This document shows positions 1 through 13,389 of a stretch of 64,000 nucleotides of DNA, one piece after another (positions within the stretch are counted from its first letter, which is position 1; the number at the start of each line of letters is the position of its first letter). The translations under genes and the position numbers were made by a program. This stretch comes from Squalus acanthias (lineage: Eukaryota). Where the stretch lies: contig CM059432.1 in assembly GCA_030390025.1 (NCBI GenBank), positions 136,650,001-136,714,000 on the forward strand, in the 5' to 3' direction. A model generated the notes under the pieces. That model made no database searches. It saw nothing but the letters and a program-made list of their open reading frames with translations, and was not told the DNA's origin.

Positions 1-188
1 TTTTTAATCGTAAATATTTTTTTAAAAGGCAGAAAGGGCTGAAAACTGCACTGTCTCACTTCATTTTAATTTGTATTGTTTCAGTGTGCATGGCCCCTTT
101 AATTCTCAGACCTCTTCATTGCCCACAATTCCTTGCGAGCTCCACAGCCTCGCTTCCAAAGGCTGTGCGAAGCTCGAAAGCCGCTCCT

Positions 189-390
189 GGACGGGAAATT
201 CGTCTTGGATGCCTCCAGCAACGCCACCAGGATGGCATTGCATGGAAGGTGAGTGCTATGCCAACAATCTCCATCCCCCAAAACTAATTTTACTCCGTTA
301 GCGTTGCGGCCATTTTCAGTGGCCATTAAATCCAGTTGCATCCAACTGCATGACACCGGCAACTAGCTGGCTAACACAAATTTCTCCCCC
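189..390. mobile_element. Degenerate Harbinger-type MITE fragment
   Basis: GGACGGGAAATTCGTCTTGG at ~189 and AAATTTCTCCCCC at ~378-390 resemble the termini of other MITEs in the window (e.g. 45552, 47986). Confidence 0.4.
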
Positions 391-725
391 GAAGGGTTTT
401 GATAGAGTAAATAGGGAGAAACTGTTTCCACTGGCAGGAGGGTCGGTGACCAGATTTATGTAATTGGCAAAATAACCAGCAACGAGATGAGGAAACATTT
501 TTTTATGCAGCGAGTTGTTATGATCTGGAACGCACTGCCTGAAAGGGCGGTGGAAGCAGATTCAATAGTAACTTTCAAAGGGGACTTGGAAAAATACTTG
601 AAAAGGAAAAATTTGTCGGGTTATGGGAAAGAGCAGGTGAGTGGGACTAATGGGATAACTCTTTCAAAGAGCCGGCACAGGTACGATGGGCCGAATGGCC
701 TCCTTCTACACTGTGTAATTCGATG
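391..725 (+). mobile_element. CR1 LINE 3' fragment
   Basis: Encodes RKHFFMQRVVMIWNALPERAVEA (CR1 ORF2 C-terminus), followed by the GATGGGCCGAATGGCCTCCTTCT 3' UTR motif. Confidence 0.85.
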
Positions 726-1082
726 TTCCTTCCTCCAGGAGCTTTTAAAACTAGCCTTAGCTCTTAAGTTGACCTGGTGGAAAATCTCTGTAGATTTGAT
801 GTTATACTGCAGCTGTGGCAAGTTCAATTCCTGTATCTTCCACAGAATGTTTCTATGAATCTTTTGTTTAATAAAAAACAGTTTTCATTAAAACTAAATA
901 CATATTTTTGAAATAATGGCAGATTATTATAATAATAGATTTGTATTTAAAACAGTTGGATTAACCCGACCTTGTTTCACGGGATGCAATTTGCTTCGCA
1001 AATGGAACTTTAACTGGTCTGGAATTGTTTATCAGAACCTGGATAAAATAATTAGCTAGAAAAAAGTTAACTACCAACTTGA

Positions 1083-1250
1083 CACAACCCCTCCCCCAAG
1101 ATTTAACCCACCCCTGAGATTGCCTCCGCACGAGATTGCCCCACCCCCGAGATTGCCCCACCCCCGAGATTGCACCCCCACAGGTTTGCCCCTTTCACCC
1201 CGGGATTGCCCCCCCATGCGATTTCCCCCCCCCCACCCCCACCCATGCCC
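1083..1250. repeat. Degenerate C-rich tandem repeat (unit ~CCCCGAGATTGCCCCAC)
   Basis: Several imperfect copies of CCCCGAGATTGC in series. Confidence 0.6.
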
Positions 1251-1728
1251 AACCTGACAGCCGGTTCAGCATTTCATGCCCCCCCCACCCCTCAGAACAG
1301 GAGGGTTTCAGCGGGGCTCCCCCTTTGACACCATCGCTTACCAGAGGCATTCTAGTGAAGCCGGGGCCTCCAAATAGGCTCTGGCCTCACACCAGCGCAA
1401 ACGGGGAGGTGGACAAACGACCGCTCCACCAACTTAGTCCCTGTTTTGGGCACTGCTCAAACATCACCCACTTTGTGCCCAAAACAGGAAGGTACTCCAT
1501 CATCCAATGTCATAATTGTCTGCCTTGATGAAAAACATTTCCACAACAGTTTTTAAATTAAAAAAATATATAATCTGAGTTCTGAGCTAAGGCCCAAGCT
1601 AACTGTTGCACTTACTATTTAAAGAGGTATTATATTATTTTCTTCCCTTTCTTCTCTGTGTCTACTCATGCCATTCCAAGCCGCCAACTGAGAGAGTGGG
1701 CAGTTCTTCCAGTTCTGTCTATGCTACT

Positions 1729-2112
1729 TCTAGGCTGACACTCCAGTGCCAGTACTGAGGGAGTGCTGCACCGTCGGAGGTGCCGTCTTTCAAATGAGAC
1801 GTTAAACCGAGGCCCCGTCTGCCCTTTGAGGTGGACGTAAAAGATCCACGGCACTATTTCGAAGAGAGCAGGGGAGTTCTCCCCAGTGTCCTGGCTAATA
1901 TTTATCCCTCAACCAACATCACTAAGAAAACAGATTGTCTGCTCATTATCTCATTGATGTTTGTGGGAGCTTGCTGTGCGCAAATTGGCTGCTGCGTTTC
2001 CTACATTACAAGAGTGACTACACTTCAAACGTAATAATTAGCTGCAAAGCGCTTTGGGACATCCTGAGGTTGTGAAAGGCGCTATATAAATGCAAGTTCT
2101 TTCTTTTTCTTT
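1729..2112 (+). mobile_element. SacSINE1/DeuSINE-type SINE, 5'-truncated
   Basis: Body GTTAAACCGAGGCCCCGTCTG...TATTTATCCCTCAA and tail AAAGGCGCTATATAAATGCAAG; near-identical copies occur across the window. Confidence 0.85.
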
Positions 2113-2499
2113 ACGTCCTAACAGATGTGTGAGAAAAGATGCCTAGCTGTGCATTGTTCCCTCCTGTTTGGGAGTGAAATGATTGACCTCCTCATGACTG
2201 TTTCCTAGGACAACATAGCTAAAATCAGGAAGCGGAACTCACCATTGTGCCCAAATTGCACTGTGCGATATTAGCAAAGATATTAATATTAATAATGCAC
2301 AATGTCACCTTGTTTAGGGAGAATTCGGGAACAAATTCCCATTCTTTTAGGCCATGTCACATCTCATTGAAATGTCATAATGCATCAGCTCACACACCTG
2401 TGATAACATTGCCCTTTAATCCCCTTGTAGTTTTGAAGTCTTAAGTTTTCAGGGTGACTCGAAAAGGCCCAGTTATTTACTTTAGTGAGAGGAGTGACT

Positions 2500-3125
2500 C
2501 CGCCCCTATCTCAGCTCATCTGCTGAAACCCTCATCCATGCCTTTGTTACCTCTAGGCTTGACTATTCCAACGCACTCCTGGCCGGCCTCCCATCTTCCA
2601 CCCTCCGTAAACTTGAGCTCATCCAAACCTCTGCAGCCCGTATCCTAACTCGCATCAAGTCCCGTTCACCCATCACCCCTGTGCTCGCTGACCTACATTG
2701 ACTCCCAGTTAAGCAACGCCTCGATCTTAAAATTCTCATCCTTGTTTTCAAATCCCTTCATAGCTTCGCCCCTTCCCTATCTCTGTAATCTCCTCCAGCC
2801 CTACAACCCTCCGCGATCTCTGCGCTCCTCCAATTCTGGCCTCTTGCGCAGCCCCTCTTTTAATCGTTCCACCATTGGCGGCCATTCTTTCAGCTGCCTG
2901 GACCCTAAGCTCTGGAATTCCCTCCCTAAACCTCTCCACCTCTCGCTCCTCCTTTAGGACACTCCTTAAAACCTACCTCTTTGACCAAGCTTTTGTTCAT
3001 CGGTCCAAATATACGCTTATGTGGTTCTGTGTCAAATTTTGTTTGATAACGCTCCTGTGAAGCGCCTTGGGACGTTTTACCACATTAAAGGTGCTATATA
3101 AATGCAAGTTGTTGTTGTTGTTGTT
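2500..3125 (+). mobile_element. L2 LINE 3' fragment
   Basis: PYLCNLLQPYNPPRSLRSSNSGLL...LWNSLP...KTYLF followed by a (GTT)n tail. Confidence 0.85.
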
Positions 3126-3797
3126 AAGTGCCCTGAAGCACAGCAACATGTGAAATAATATGGGGCCCATTTCACGAAAAAAAAATCTTCAAATAACCTG
3201 ACACATTTTGCAAATGTGTTCCAAAAGCATAGTTTTATCAGGATTATTTAGAAATAGATCATTGCCAACAAAGTTTTATATGCTATCCTTCATCCTTTTT
3301 GTGTTGTTATTTTATGTCATCCTCATTTTTAGTTGGATTTGCCTGTTATTGCAGAGGTTTAAATATGCATGCAACACAAAGGAACATAGGAATGTAACAC
3401 AAGTGATGTAGTCTCCCTTATAATCTGGTTTATCAAATCAGATTAGTCAAATAAGAATATAGACGGCAGTGGCCTGTTAACTGAATATAATTTGTGCACT
3501 GATAGTTTGCCAGATATCCTTTGAATATGTTCAGTGGTGTACATCTTGACTAAGCAGTAATCAAAATGAACAAAATTAAGATTAATTTCTATTAGGAAGG
3601 CCATAAGCCTGAATCTTGTGCTCCCATCAGTGTTGACTCACATACCTCCGTTGAATGAGCTTCGTGACTACCATGAGGTGGTCAGATTTTCCATTAGAGA
3701 ATGGGAGATAACAAAGCGTTGGTCTAGATTACCCACTTCAAATTGTGTCTCCCAGCCACTGGTCATGGAGGACCATGGCTGCAAGAAAAAAAGAACT

Positions 3798-4709
3798 AGG
3801 CTGGAATTTTCCCCTTAAAAAAAACGGGTGGGTTTGGAGCGCGGGGGCAGTTAAATTGTTAAAAATGGGATTACTGACCTGATCCCGCCTCCAACCCGCC
3901 CACTTCCGGTTTTAATGGAGGTGGGAGGGGTGGGGGAGGGCAGGCGACCAGCCCACTACCAAGGGGCGAAACGTCAATTTAAATATTATAATGAGGCTGG
4001 GAGCCTCTTTTTTCACCTCCATTTTCTTTTTAACTGCATGTGGACGGGTTTCACACAATTCGTGAAACCCGGCAGTTAAACTAAGGCGGGGACTGGTGGA
4101 TCCAGGAGGTATGTGGCTTTATACCTACCTCCTGGATCCAGGGTCCCTGCCTAACCCACCTCCAACGATCGGAGACCACAGCATGAGGCCTCCGATCAGC
4201 TCCCCCAGGCCTCCGATCCCCACCATGAGGCCTCTCCGCACCCCCCCACCAATGATGCTGAGGCCGGTGGCCAGTCCCGATCCTCTCCCCCCCCCCCCAC
4301 CCCCCCACCGCCGATCCCCGACTCTCCCAATCCCTGGTCGACCCCCACCCCCCCCCCATGATCCCCGATACTCCCCTCCCAATCCCCGAACCCCCGATCC
4401 CCTGTGCTCCCCTTCCGATTACTGATCCTCCCCTGCCATTCCTCGACCACACCCCCCCCACCCCCCCCGATTCCCAACTGAGACAGCCGTTCCCTGACAC
4501 CCCCCGTGATCCCTCGCCTGGACTGACCCCTCACACCCTCGCAGCCTCTCAATCTGGCTTGCTGCGGGCGGGAATCCGAGGCCTCACATGCAAATCAGGC
4601 TCTGCCGTTACAGTCGGCAGGGCCTGCGGGAAACCCGGCCTCCCGGGTATCCCACCCACCTCGGAGGCCTCCCATCCCCAACTCGCCTAACTGGACAAAA
4701 TTCCGGCCC
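3798..4709. mobile_element. Non-autonomous TIR DNA transposon (probably PIF/Harbinger-like) with C-rich interior
   Basis: Ends AGGCTGGAATTTT / AAAATTCCGGCCC form an imperfect TIR; the interior is low complexity. Confidence 0.55.
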
Positions 4710-4711
4710 TT

Positions 4712-5230
4712 GTGTTTATAAAGCTCCTTTCACGACCTCAGGACATCCCAAAGCACTTTACAGCCAATGAAGTACTTTTGAATGTAGTCACTGTTGTAAT
4801 GTAGGAAACGCAACAGCCAATTTGCGCACAGCAAGCTCCCAGAAACAGCAAAATGATAATGACCAGATAATCTGTTTTAGTCATGTTAGTTGTAGGATAA
4901 ATATTAGCCAGGACACCAGGCAGTACTCCGCTGCTCTTCTTAAAATAGTGCCATGGGATCTTTTACATCCACCTGAGAGTCAGATGGGGCCTTGGTTTAA
5001 TGTTCCATCTGAAAGATTACCTTACTCTGTGTAAGGATTTTATGACACTGTGCTACCCACTCAGCAAATAAGCCATACTCTTGTTAAACTGCTACAACAA
5101 TCTGTTTTCATCACACAAAGTGACATGGGATCTTTTACTTCCACCCGAGGGGCCTGACGGGTCTCGGTTTAATGTCTCAACTGAAAGTTGACACCTCTGA
5201 CAGTGCAGCACTCCCTCAGTACTGCACTGA
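4712..5230 (-). mobile_element. SacSINE1-type SINE fragments (4712-5015 and 5120-5230)
   Basis: Reverse complement matches the SINE body and tail seen at 1729 and 9369. Confidence 0.8.
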
Positions 5231-6214
5231 AGGTTTTAAAATGGTGAGTGAGCTGCAATCAGAACACAAGTAGAAAAAAAACGAGACAGGAAACAGATGA
5301 GGGTGGAAATGTGAATAGCTTTTTTACCTGAAGTCAGTAGGACAGTCTCTCTTCCCCGCTCCGTAAAGCCTGCCACCCATTTGAGAAACCAGCCGATTGC
5401 CACCTCCTGGCAGTTGCTGCTTCACATGGCGTGTTAGTCAAGAAAGTCACTTGCTTCACCTTTGATGCCTTCTTGATGCAGGTGAATCCAGAACCATTCT
5501 GAGGAAAGAGGGCCAATCTTTTTCTCCCTTTCCAGTAGGAATTACAGGCCATTACTTTGCCTGTGGCACAATTTGTGCTAACTGCAATGGAAAGCACTGC
5601 ACAGCCAACCTTTTGGGGTGACTAGCTGCATGGCATTTACAAGAAAGTGACTGCATCACTTCATTGAGACAGTGCTGCAGGGTGTGTGGAAAGGCCAAAG
5701 GAGAGAAGAGAACCAGTTGCTTTGTGCATGTAATACACAAATCCAATTGTATGTTGTGATTCCACAGTGTGATAGAAGTACAGTAGAGGCATTTCCTAAA
5801 AACTGCCTTCATACCCTCAAAGGGTATGTGTAAAAATGTTAGTTAGTGCGTATCCAATATACACATATCTGTTTTTATTTTTTTTATTATATAAATGGTG
5901 CATTATTTGAGTCGTATTCATCATTTCTGTCATGCTGTAATTAGAAATGATCTTTTGAACAGAATGAGAAGCAGGAATAGCCTGTGGAATTGTTCAGGTA
6001 CAGTGAGTATCCGATAGGATTCTGTCACTTAAATAGGATTATGATCTAAAACATCATGAAATTTTATTAGATTAGTGCCCCAATTACACAAAGTTGTAAT
6101 AGGATAAAGTGGGACTTTTTAGATTCCTGATAAAAAATGATTTGTGCTAACAGTGTGATCTGGCAGGTATTAGCTATCAATCCTAATTCCTCTGATTTGG
6201 ATTCCAAGTTGGGA

Positions 6215-6345
6215 ATAAGAGCATAAGAAATAGGAGCAGGAGTAGGCCATTCGACCCTTCGCCATTCAATTAGATCATGGTTGATCTTCGACCTCAACTC
6301 CACTTTCCTGCCCAATCCCCATATCCCTTGATTCCCTTAGTATCC
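6215..6345 (-). mobile_element. CR1 3' UTR fragment
   Basis: ATAGGAGCAGGAGTAGGCCATT tail motif in reverse orientation. Confidence 0.7.
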
Positions 6346-6442
6346 AATGGCACACTTGGGAGTTGAAAGCTGTTGCCTTTAGTAAAATTCAGGTGCTAAC
6401 TTTACTGGGTTGCTTTTTGGCGATGTTACATTAGATTTAGGA

Positions 6443-6603
6443 TGCTCCTTAAAGCCTACACCTTTGACCAAGCTTTTGATCACCTATCTTAATAGGCTCG
6501 GCTATTGTGGCTCAGTGTTGAGTTTTGTTTGATAACACTCCTGTGAAGCCCCTGGGATGTTTTACTATGTTAAAGCCGCTATATAAATGCAAGTTGTTGT
6601 TGG
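6443..6603 (+). mobile_element. L2 3' tail
   Basis: Matches the L2 end at 2960-3125. Confidence 0.7.
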
Positions 6604-7952
6604 TGAACCAATATATCATGTGTTAAGTTTGATGGGATGTGGGTTCACATTAATAATTCACCACAAATGAAAATTCCCAATCTCAGCTGGACTTGGAGTG
6701 GAACAAGCATCCACACTAAGGTAGTTACTGGATGAGTAGCCCTTCAATCAGCCAGTTAAAGAGTTTGTATGGCAATAGCTGGAATCAGATCTTCAAAATT
6801 AGCTTCAATTAATAACCTCCATTTTGAACCTGCATTGACAAAACTGAAGGCCAGCAAGAAAACAAAATCACCATTACTTTGGAGATAAGTAATTCTTAGT
6901 ATTCTGTACCTGATAGGTTGGGGCTCATGTAGATGATACACCATGACCAACAGTGTGATGTCAGTATTTCCATAGTGAGACTAGTTGGATAACTCTCAGC
7001 GACAAAGCCGGGAATGGATAATAATCAAAATCTGCTAGCCAACGTTCTAACTGTAATACGCGGTAGTGTGTGTTTTTAATCATAAAAAAATTAAGCAAGT
7101 CTTTTTCTAGCTGTTAGAAGTGTTTTATGATCCTACTGCATCATTATAATCTTGTACCTGTGGAACTATATGATGGATTCAAGTAGTCACACACTTGTAT
7201 TAAGAAAAATTGCAAACTACAAATTCAATAACAGAGAACAACCAGCTTTGAATTGCAGGGACGTTTCCGTTCACCTTACCCACAGTTCATATTCATGCAC
7301 AAAGTAATTATACTAGTTCTATCTCAAAGCAATTAAAATGCTACTTGAAATTAATAATGACAATTTTTTTTTTAATACAGTTTGCCATTACCTTCTGCTG
7401 CCGCCAGTTTAACATGCAGGGACAGCCCTGTCTACCGCCTGTTTACACTCTGGACAGTGTATGAACAGGCGGTATAGCTTACCTGCAGAGTAGTTATCTA
7501 ATCTAAGGGAGCTCGGCAGTTCAGTAATCAGTTGGATGCTGAATTGCAGTTTGGGCTTAAGGGTTCTGTGACCAGAAGATGCTATAGATATTTTATGTAG
7601 ATTCCAGTGACAAAAACACATTGTTGTAGCAGTTTAACAACAGTATGGCTCATTTGATGGGTGGGTAACATAGTGTCATACAATCCTTACAGAGTAGGGA
7701 AATCTTTTGGATGAGATGTTAAACCGAGGTCCCATCTGCCCTCTCAGGTGGACATAAAAGATCCCATGGCACTATTTCGAAGAAGAGTAGGGGAGTTCTC
7801 CCCGGTCTCCTGGCTAATATTTATCCCTCAACCAAAATCACAAAATCAGATTATCTGGTCATTATCACATTTCTGTTTGTGGGAGCTTGCTGTGCGCACA
7901 TTGGCTGCCGCGTTTCCTACATTACACCAGGGACTACACTTGAAAAGTACTT

Positions 7953-8489
7953 ACAACAGAAAATGCTGGAAGCACTCAACAGGCCAGGCAGCATCCATGG
8001 AGAGAGAAACAGAGTTAACGTTTCAGGTCTGTGACCCTTCATCAGAACTGGAAAAGGTTAGAGATGTAACAGATTTTAAGCAGGTGCAGAGGTGGGGAAA
8101 TGGGGAGGAAAGAATTGAAGGAATAGTCTGTGCTAAGGTAGGAGGCAGGAGAGACTAAATGTTGCAAATGGGAATGGCAGAATCACCAACAGCCGCCTGA
8201 AAAATGGGGGCAGGGGTTATAGTCTGAAATTGTTGAACTCAATGTTGAGTCCAGAAGGCTGTAAAGTGACTAATCGAAAGATGAGGTGCTGTTCCTCGAG
8301 CTTACGTTGAGCTTCATTGGAACAGTGTAAGAGGCCGAGGACAGAGAGGTCAGAGTGGGAGTGGAGCGGAGAATTAAAGTGAAAGGCGACCGGAAGCTCA
8401 GGGTCACCCTTATGGACTGAATGGAAGTGTTCCGCAAAACGGTCGCCCAATCTGCGTTTGGTCTTCCCAATGTAGAGGAGACCGCATCG
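7953..8489 (-). mobile_element. Penelope-like retroelement 3' fragment (GIY-YIG endonuclease C-terminus plus terminal repeat)
   Basis: ORF 8217-8504 CGLLYIGKTKRRLGDRFAEH...VAFHFN...RKLEEQHLIFRL..LQPSGLN. 12-bp TSD TGAAAAGTACTT at 7941-7952 and 8490-8501. Confidence 0.88.
8010..8050 (-). ncRNA. Minimal hammerhead ribozyme motif in Penelope terminal repeat
   Basis: Minus strand reads CAGTT-CTGATGA-AGGGTC-ACA-GACCT-GAAA-CGTTA-ACTCTG: CUGANGA and GAAA boxes, stem II, and palindromic AACGTT stem III. Confidence 0.75.
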
Positions 8490-9368
8490 TGAAAAGTACT
8501 TCATTGGCTGTAATGCGCTTTGGGGCTAAAGGGATCAAGGGATATGGGGAGAAAATAGGGACAGGGTACTGAATTTGGATGATCAGCCATGATCGCATTA
8601 AATGGCGGAACAGGCTCGAGGGGCCGAATGGCCTACTCCTTCTCCTATCTTCTATGTTTCTATGGGACGTCCTGTGGTCGTGAAAGACGCTATATAAGTG
8701 CAAGTTCTTTCCTTTCTTTCTTTTACAGATCACTACCTATGCTTCTCTTTGGCCAGCCAATACCTGTGGTGACTACTTTCTTCTCTGCCCTTGTGGGGAA
8801 AGGGCCTGGTCTTTGTGACAAAGACATAGCTGAAATCAGGAGGCGAAGGCACAAGGCTGCATTCTGACAAATGTGGTGGTCGAGCGCATCACTGTCTTTC
8901 ACCTCACTCCTTGAGTGTTTCATTAAACAGGATGAGCAAAACGTTTTGGAATGCAGCAGCCCCACAGAATGGTTGTTGTAGGTCTTACTAATGCTCATCT
9001 TCTTCGAAAACGCCCGCTATCCAACAATACCGTAAAGTAGCCCTCTAGTATTTAAAAGCTGGATTAGTCCCAAATCACGGATAGGCGGCGGGTGTTAATA
9101 ATAAAACACCGGCTGGGGCTGTTAATAATACCATAATAGGTAATTTCTGTTAATAAGCTAATTCTGTCATAATGGGCAACTTCCTGGTAATAAAGACTCC
9201 CTGAATTCACTGTAATTTGAACTTAATTCTCATTCGCAACAATCAATCAATGCAACAGAATTTCCCTTTATATAACTGAGTTAAAGCAACGACATCATGC
9301 TCAGCATAAGTGAGCTTTATAACTGTGATTTACAGCCAGTGGTTTATTATTCCCATATGCTGTGTTCC

Positions 9369-9908
9369 TTGTGGCTCAGTGGGTAGCACTCTCGCCTCTG
9401 AATTTAACGAAGATTGTGGGTTCAAGTCCCCCTCCACAGACTTGAATCTATAATTCAGGCTGACACTGCAGTGCAGTACTGAGGGAGTGCTGCATTGTCG
9501 GAGGTGCCGTCGTTGGGATGAGACATTAAACCCAGGCCCCGTCTGACCTCTTAGGTTGACGTAAAAGATCCTGTGGCACTTTTTCGAAGAAGAGCAGGGG
9601 AGCTATCCTGGGAGGTGTCCTAGCCAATATTTATCCCTCAATCAACATCACTAAAACAGATTATCTGGTCATTATCACATTGCTGATTGTGGGAGCTTGC
9701 TGTGCACAAATTGGCTGCTGCATTTCCAACATTACAACAGTGACTACACTTCAAAAAGTACTTTATTTACTGTAAAGTGCTTTGGAACATCCGGTTGTAG
9801 TGAAAGGTGCTATATGAGTGTAGGTCTTTCTTTTCTATTGGCTGTGAAGCACTTTGGGATGTCCTGATATTGTGAAAGGCGCTATATGAATGCAATTCTT
9901 TCTTTTTT
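9369..9908 (+). mobile_element. Full-length SacSINE1-type SINE with duplicated 3' tail
   Basis: tRNA head GTGGCTCAGTGGGTAGCAC (A box) and GGGTTCAAGTCCC (B box); the tail occurs twice (~9765-9830 and ~9838-9908). Confidence 0.88.
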
Positions 9909-10157
9909 AAGGAGCATCTTAAAGGAGCAGGGAGAGGTAGAGAGGTTTAGGGAGGGAATGTCAGAGCTTAGGGGCTAGGCAGCTGAAGGTATGGCCAATG
10001 GTGGTGTGATGAATATCGGGGATGTGCAAGAGGCCAGAATTAGAGGAGCACAGAGATCTCGGAGGGTTGTAGGGCTGGAGGAGGTTACAGAGATAGGGAA
10101 GGGTGAGGCCATAGAGGGATGTCAAGACAGGGAAGAGAAATTTAAAAATTTGAGGCA
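9909..10157 (-). mobile_element. L2 fragment
   Basis: PYLCNLLQPYNPPRSLCSSNSGLL on the minus strand. Confidence 0.8.
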
Positions 10158-10167
10158 TTATTAATAT

Positions 10168-12497
10168 TACAACAACAACAATAACTTGTATTTATATAGC
10201 GCCTTTAATGTAGTAAAACATCCCAAGGCGCTTCACAGGGGTATTATAAGACAAAAAATTTGACACCGAGCCACATAAGGAGATATTAGGACAGATGACC
10301 AAAAGCTTGGTGAAAGAGGTAGGTTTTAATGAGCGTCTTAAAGGAGGAGAGAGAGGCAGCGAGGCAGAAAGGTTTAGAGAGGGAGTTCCAGAGCTTAGGG
10401 CCTAGGCAACAGAAGGCACGGTCACCAATGGTTGAGCGATTATAATCAGGGATGCTGAAGAGGGCAGAATTAGTGGAGGGCAGATATCGTGGGGGGTTGT
10501 GGGGCTGGAGGAGGTTACAGAGATAGGGAGGGGGCGAGGTCATGGAGGGATTTGAAAACAAGGATGAAAATTTTGAAATCGAGGCGTTGCTTAACTGGAA
10601 GCCAATGTAGGTCAGCGAGCACAGGGGTGATGGGTGAACGGGACTTGGTGCGAGTTTGGACTCGGGCAGCCAAGTTTTGGATGATCTCATGTTTACGTAG
10701 GGTAGAACGTGGGAGGCCAGCCAGGATTGTGTTGGAAAAGTCAAGTTTAGAGGTAACAAAGGCATGGATGAGGGTTTCAGCAGCGGATGAGCTGAGGCAA
10801 GGGCGGAGACGTGCGATGTTACGAAGGTGGAAATAGGCGGTCTTAGTTATGCCGTGGACATGTGTTTGGAAGCTCATTTCAGGGTCAAATATGACACCAA
10901 GGTTGCGAACAGTGTGGTTCAGCCTTAGACAGATGTTAGGGAGAGGGATAGAGTCAGTGGCTAGGGAACGGAGTTTGTGGCGGGGACCAAAAACAATGGC
11001 TTCAAGTGAGTGCAGTCCCACCCAGCTGGACGACGGTGGAGAGGCGTTGGAGGAGGATGGAGTGGTCAACCGTGTCAATGGCTGCAGACAAGTCAAGAAG
11101 GACGAGAAGGGATAGTTTACGTTTATCACAGTCACAAAGGATGTCATTTGTGATTTTGATGACAGCCATTTCGTTATTGTGGCAGGGGCAGAAACCTGAT
11201 TGGAGGGATTCAAACATGGAGTTGGGGGAAAGATGGGCACGGATTTGGGAGGCGACAACTCATTCAAGGACTTTGAAGAGGCAAGGGAGGTTGGAGATGG
11301 GGCGGTAGTTTGCAAGGACGGAGAGGTCAAGAGTTGTTTTTTTGAGGAGGGGGTGATGACGGCAGTTTTGTAGGAGAAGGGGACAGCACCTGAGGAGAGA
11401 GAACTGCTAACAATGTCAGCTAACATGGGAGCCAGAAAAGGAAGTTGGGTGGTCAGCAGTTTGGTGTGAATAGGGTCGAGGGAGCAGGAAGTGGGTCTCA
11501 CGGACAAGATGAGCGCAGAGAGGTCATGAGGGGAGATCGGAGAGAAACTGGAGAAAGATGCGAGTTCACGGCTAGGGCAGGGGGGAACCTTAGAAGAAGT
11601 TTGGCCCAGGTGGGCTAGGGGAAGGAAGGAAAGTGGCAGAGGCAGCTGAATGGATGGTCTCAATCTTAGAGACAAAGAAGTCCATGAGCTCCTTACACTT
11701 GATATCGGAGGTGAGGGTGGCGGAGACTGGGGAGAGGGGTTTAAGAAGACGGTTAGCAGTAGAGAATAGGAGCCGGGGTTTATCTTTGCATTCCAGAATG
11801 ATTCTGGAATAGTGAGAAATTTTGGCAGACGAGAGCAGGGCCTGATAGTGCTTTATGTGGTCCAGCCAGATCTGGCGGTGAATGGCTAAACCTGTTGTCC
11901 ACCATATCCGTTCGAGTCTGCGTCCCTTGGACTTAAGGGAGCAAAGATGAGAGCCGTACCAGGGGGAACGGCCAGGGTGAGAGAGGGTAATTGTTTTAGT
12001 AGGGACTAGGGCATCAAAGGTGGGTAGTGAGGGTGTGGTTGAGCAGATTGATAGCTGCAGAAATGTCATGGTGAATGGAGGGCCAAAGGCTGGACAGTTG
12101 GGATTTCGTAAGTGCAGCTGTAAGAGAGTTGGGAGAGAGTTTTTTTCCAGGGGTGGACACAGAAGGAAGTAAGGTTGGTGGGGGTGGGTGGAAGGGGGAT
12201 GTGGGTGGAGAGCGATACAAGGAAGTGGTCAGAGATGGCCTTATCTGCGATTGACACGATGGGAGTAGCGAGGCCACGAGAGACGGCAAGGTCAAGAGGG
12301 TGGTCGTGAATATGGGTTGGGGAGTTTACATGGAGGGAAAGATTAAGGGAGGATAGGAGGCTAGTGAACTCAGAGGAGAGAGAACATGATGAATTGAGAT
12401 GGAGGTTGAAATCATCGAGGATGAGAAGTCTCTCAGTGCAGAGGCTGAGGGAGAAAAGCAGTGAAGATATCTCGATAATAAAATTTTTATGGTACTT
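10168..12497 (-). mobile_element. L2 LINE, ~2.3 kb ORF2 remnant (frameshifted, internal deletion in RT)
   Basis: Motifs SDHFLV (APE end), CSLDPI, QSGF, LLDLSAAIDTVDHSILL, VRNLGV, YFHLRNIARLRP, LHWLPV across several frames; (CAA)n tail at ~10168. Confidence 0.92.
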
Positions 12498-13389
12498 GAG
12501 CTATTAATAAAATATACGCTAGATATTGGTGTTTTACCAAAATTAAAGTACTTATTATACAGAACTCAATCGTTCATCTTGCATAAACTAAACAGGTGTC
12601 CCGTTTACACAATGTATGTGATTAATTCAGCAGTGATTTACACCGAACACACATTGTCGTCAGACCCCGATACCACTGAGATCCTGAGCGTTACCCAACC
12701 TCTGTTAGCTCTGCCTCAAGCCTCACTAATCCTGCATGGTGCCTCATCCAAGGTCCTTGCTGGAGTGACACGGTGCCAAAACAACTTGCCAAGTAAACAG
12801 AATGCTTGATAGGTAATGAAGGTTTCAGGGAAAAATAAATGATTTGTGACACCGTGCAATATATTTCCCAGTAGTGCTCTATGTGCCCTGTGTCACGTGG
12901 CTTTTTTTTGTAATAGCATTGCTTGCCATCATGTATCCGTTAGATATGCATAAAGTCACGCACACTGACAGTGGCACTGCAGTATAAAGATCTTTTTGCC
13001 CTCATTTAAAATACTACCTCCAGGAATGCAAAAATCAGCAGTAAATAGAAAATAAACATTGGATAATAGATAGCAAGGCAGTGATTTACAAGGTCATCAT
13101 TCAATTGAGTGGTTCTGAGGATATCTTAAACCACAAGATCGAACCGGAACTCTGATAGCGAATTACTGCCTGAAACTTATAGTAATTTATTGCTTTTCAT
13201 TGTCAAAATCATGTTTCTTTTTGACTTTTCTTCCATAATAAATTGAACAGTGGTCATGCTGAAAGGAGAGGTGACATGATGCAAGTATATAGAGGTGGGC
13301 ATGAAGGCACGGCTACGAGGGTCAGGTCACGCGGCACGAATCTCTGATGAACGAATGCCGGAGATGATCTTTTATCACGCACTGTCAAC

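Larger units (their letters stand above)
7705..8722 (+). mobile_element. SacSINE1-type SINE split by a Penelope fragment and a CR1 tail
   Basis: SINE body 7705-7952 resumes at 8490-8524 and again at ~8664-8722. Confidence 0.8.

Noticed and set aside
4081..4690. Pro-rich and Gly-rich ORFs
   Set aside because: Low-complexity interior of a non-autonomous TIR element.
5328..5498. Apparent minus-strand exon with acceptor and donor sites
   Set aside because: All three frames contain stops, so no coding exon is supportable; a non-coding exon cannot be excluded.
9369..9435. tRNA gene
   Set aside because: tRNA-derived head of a SINE, continuous with the SINE body; the same applies at 27430 and 32748.
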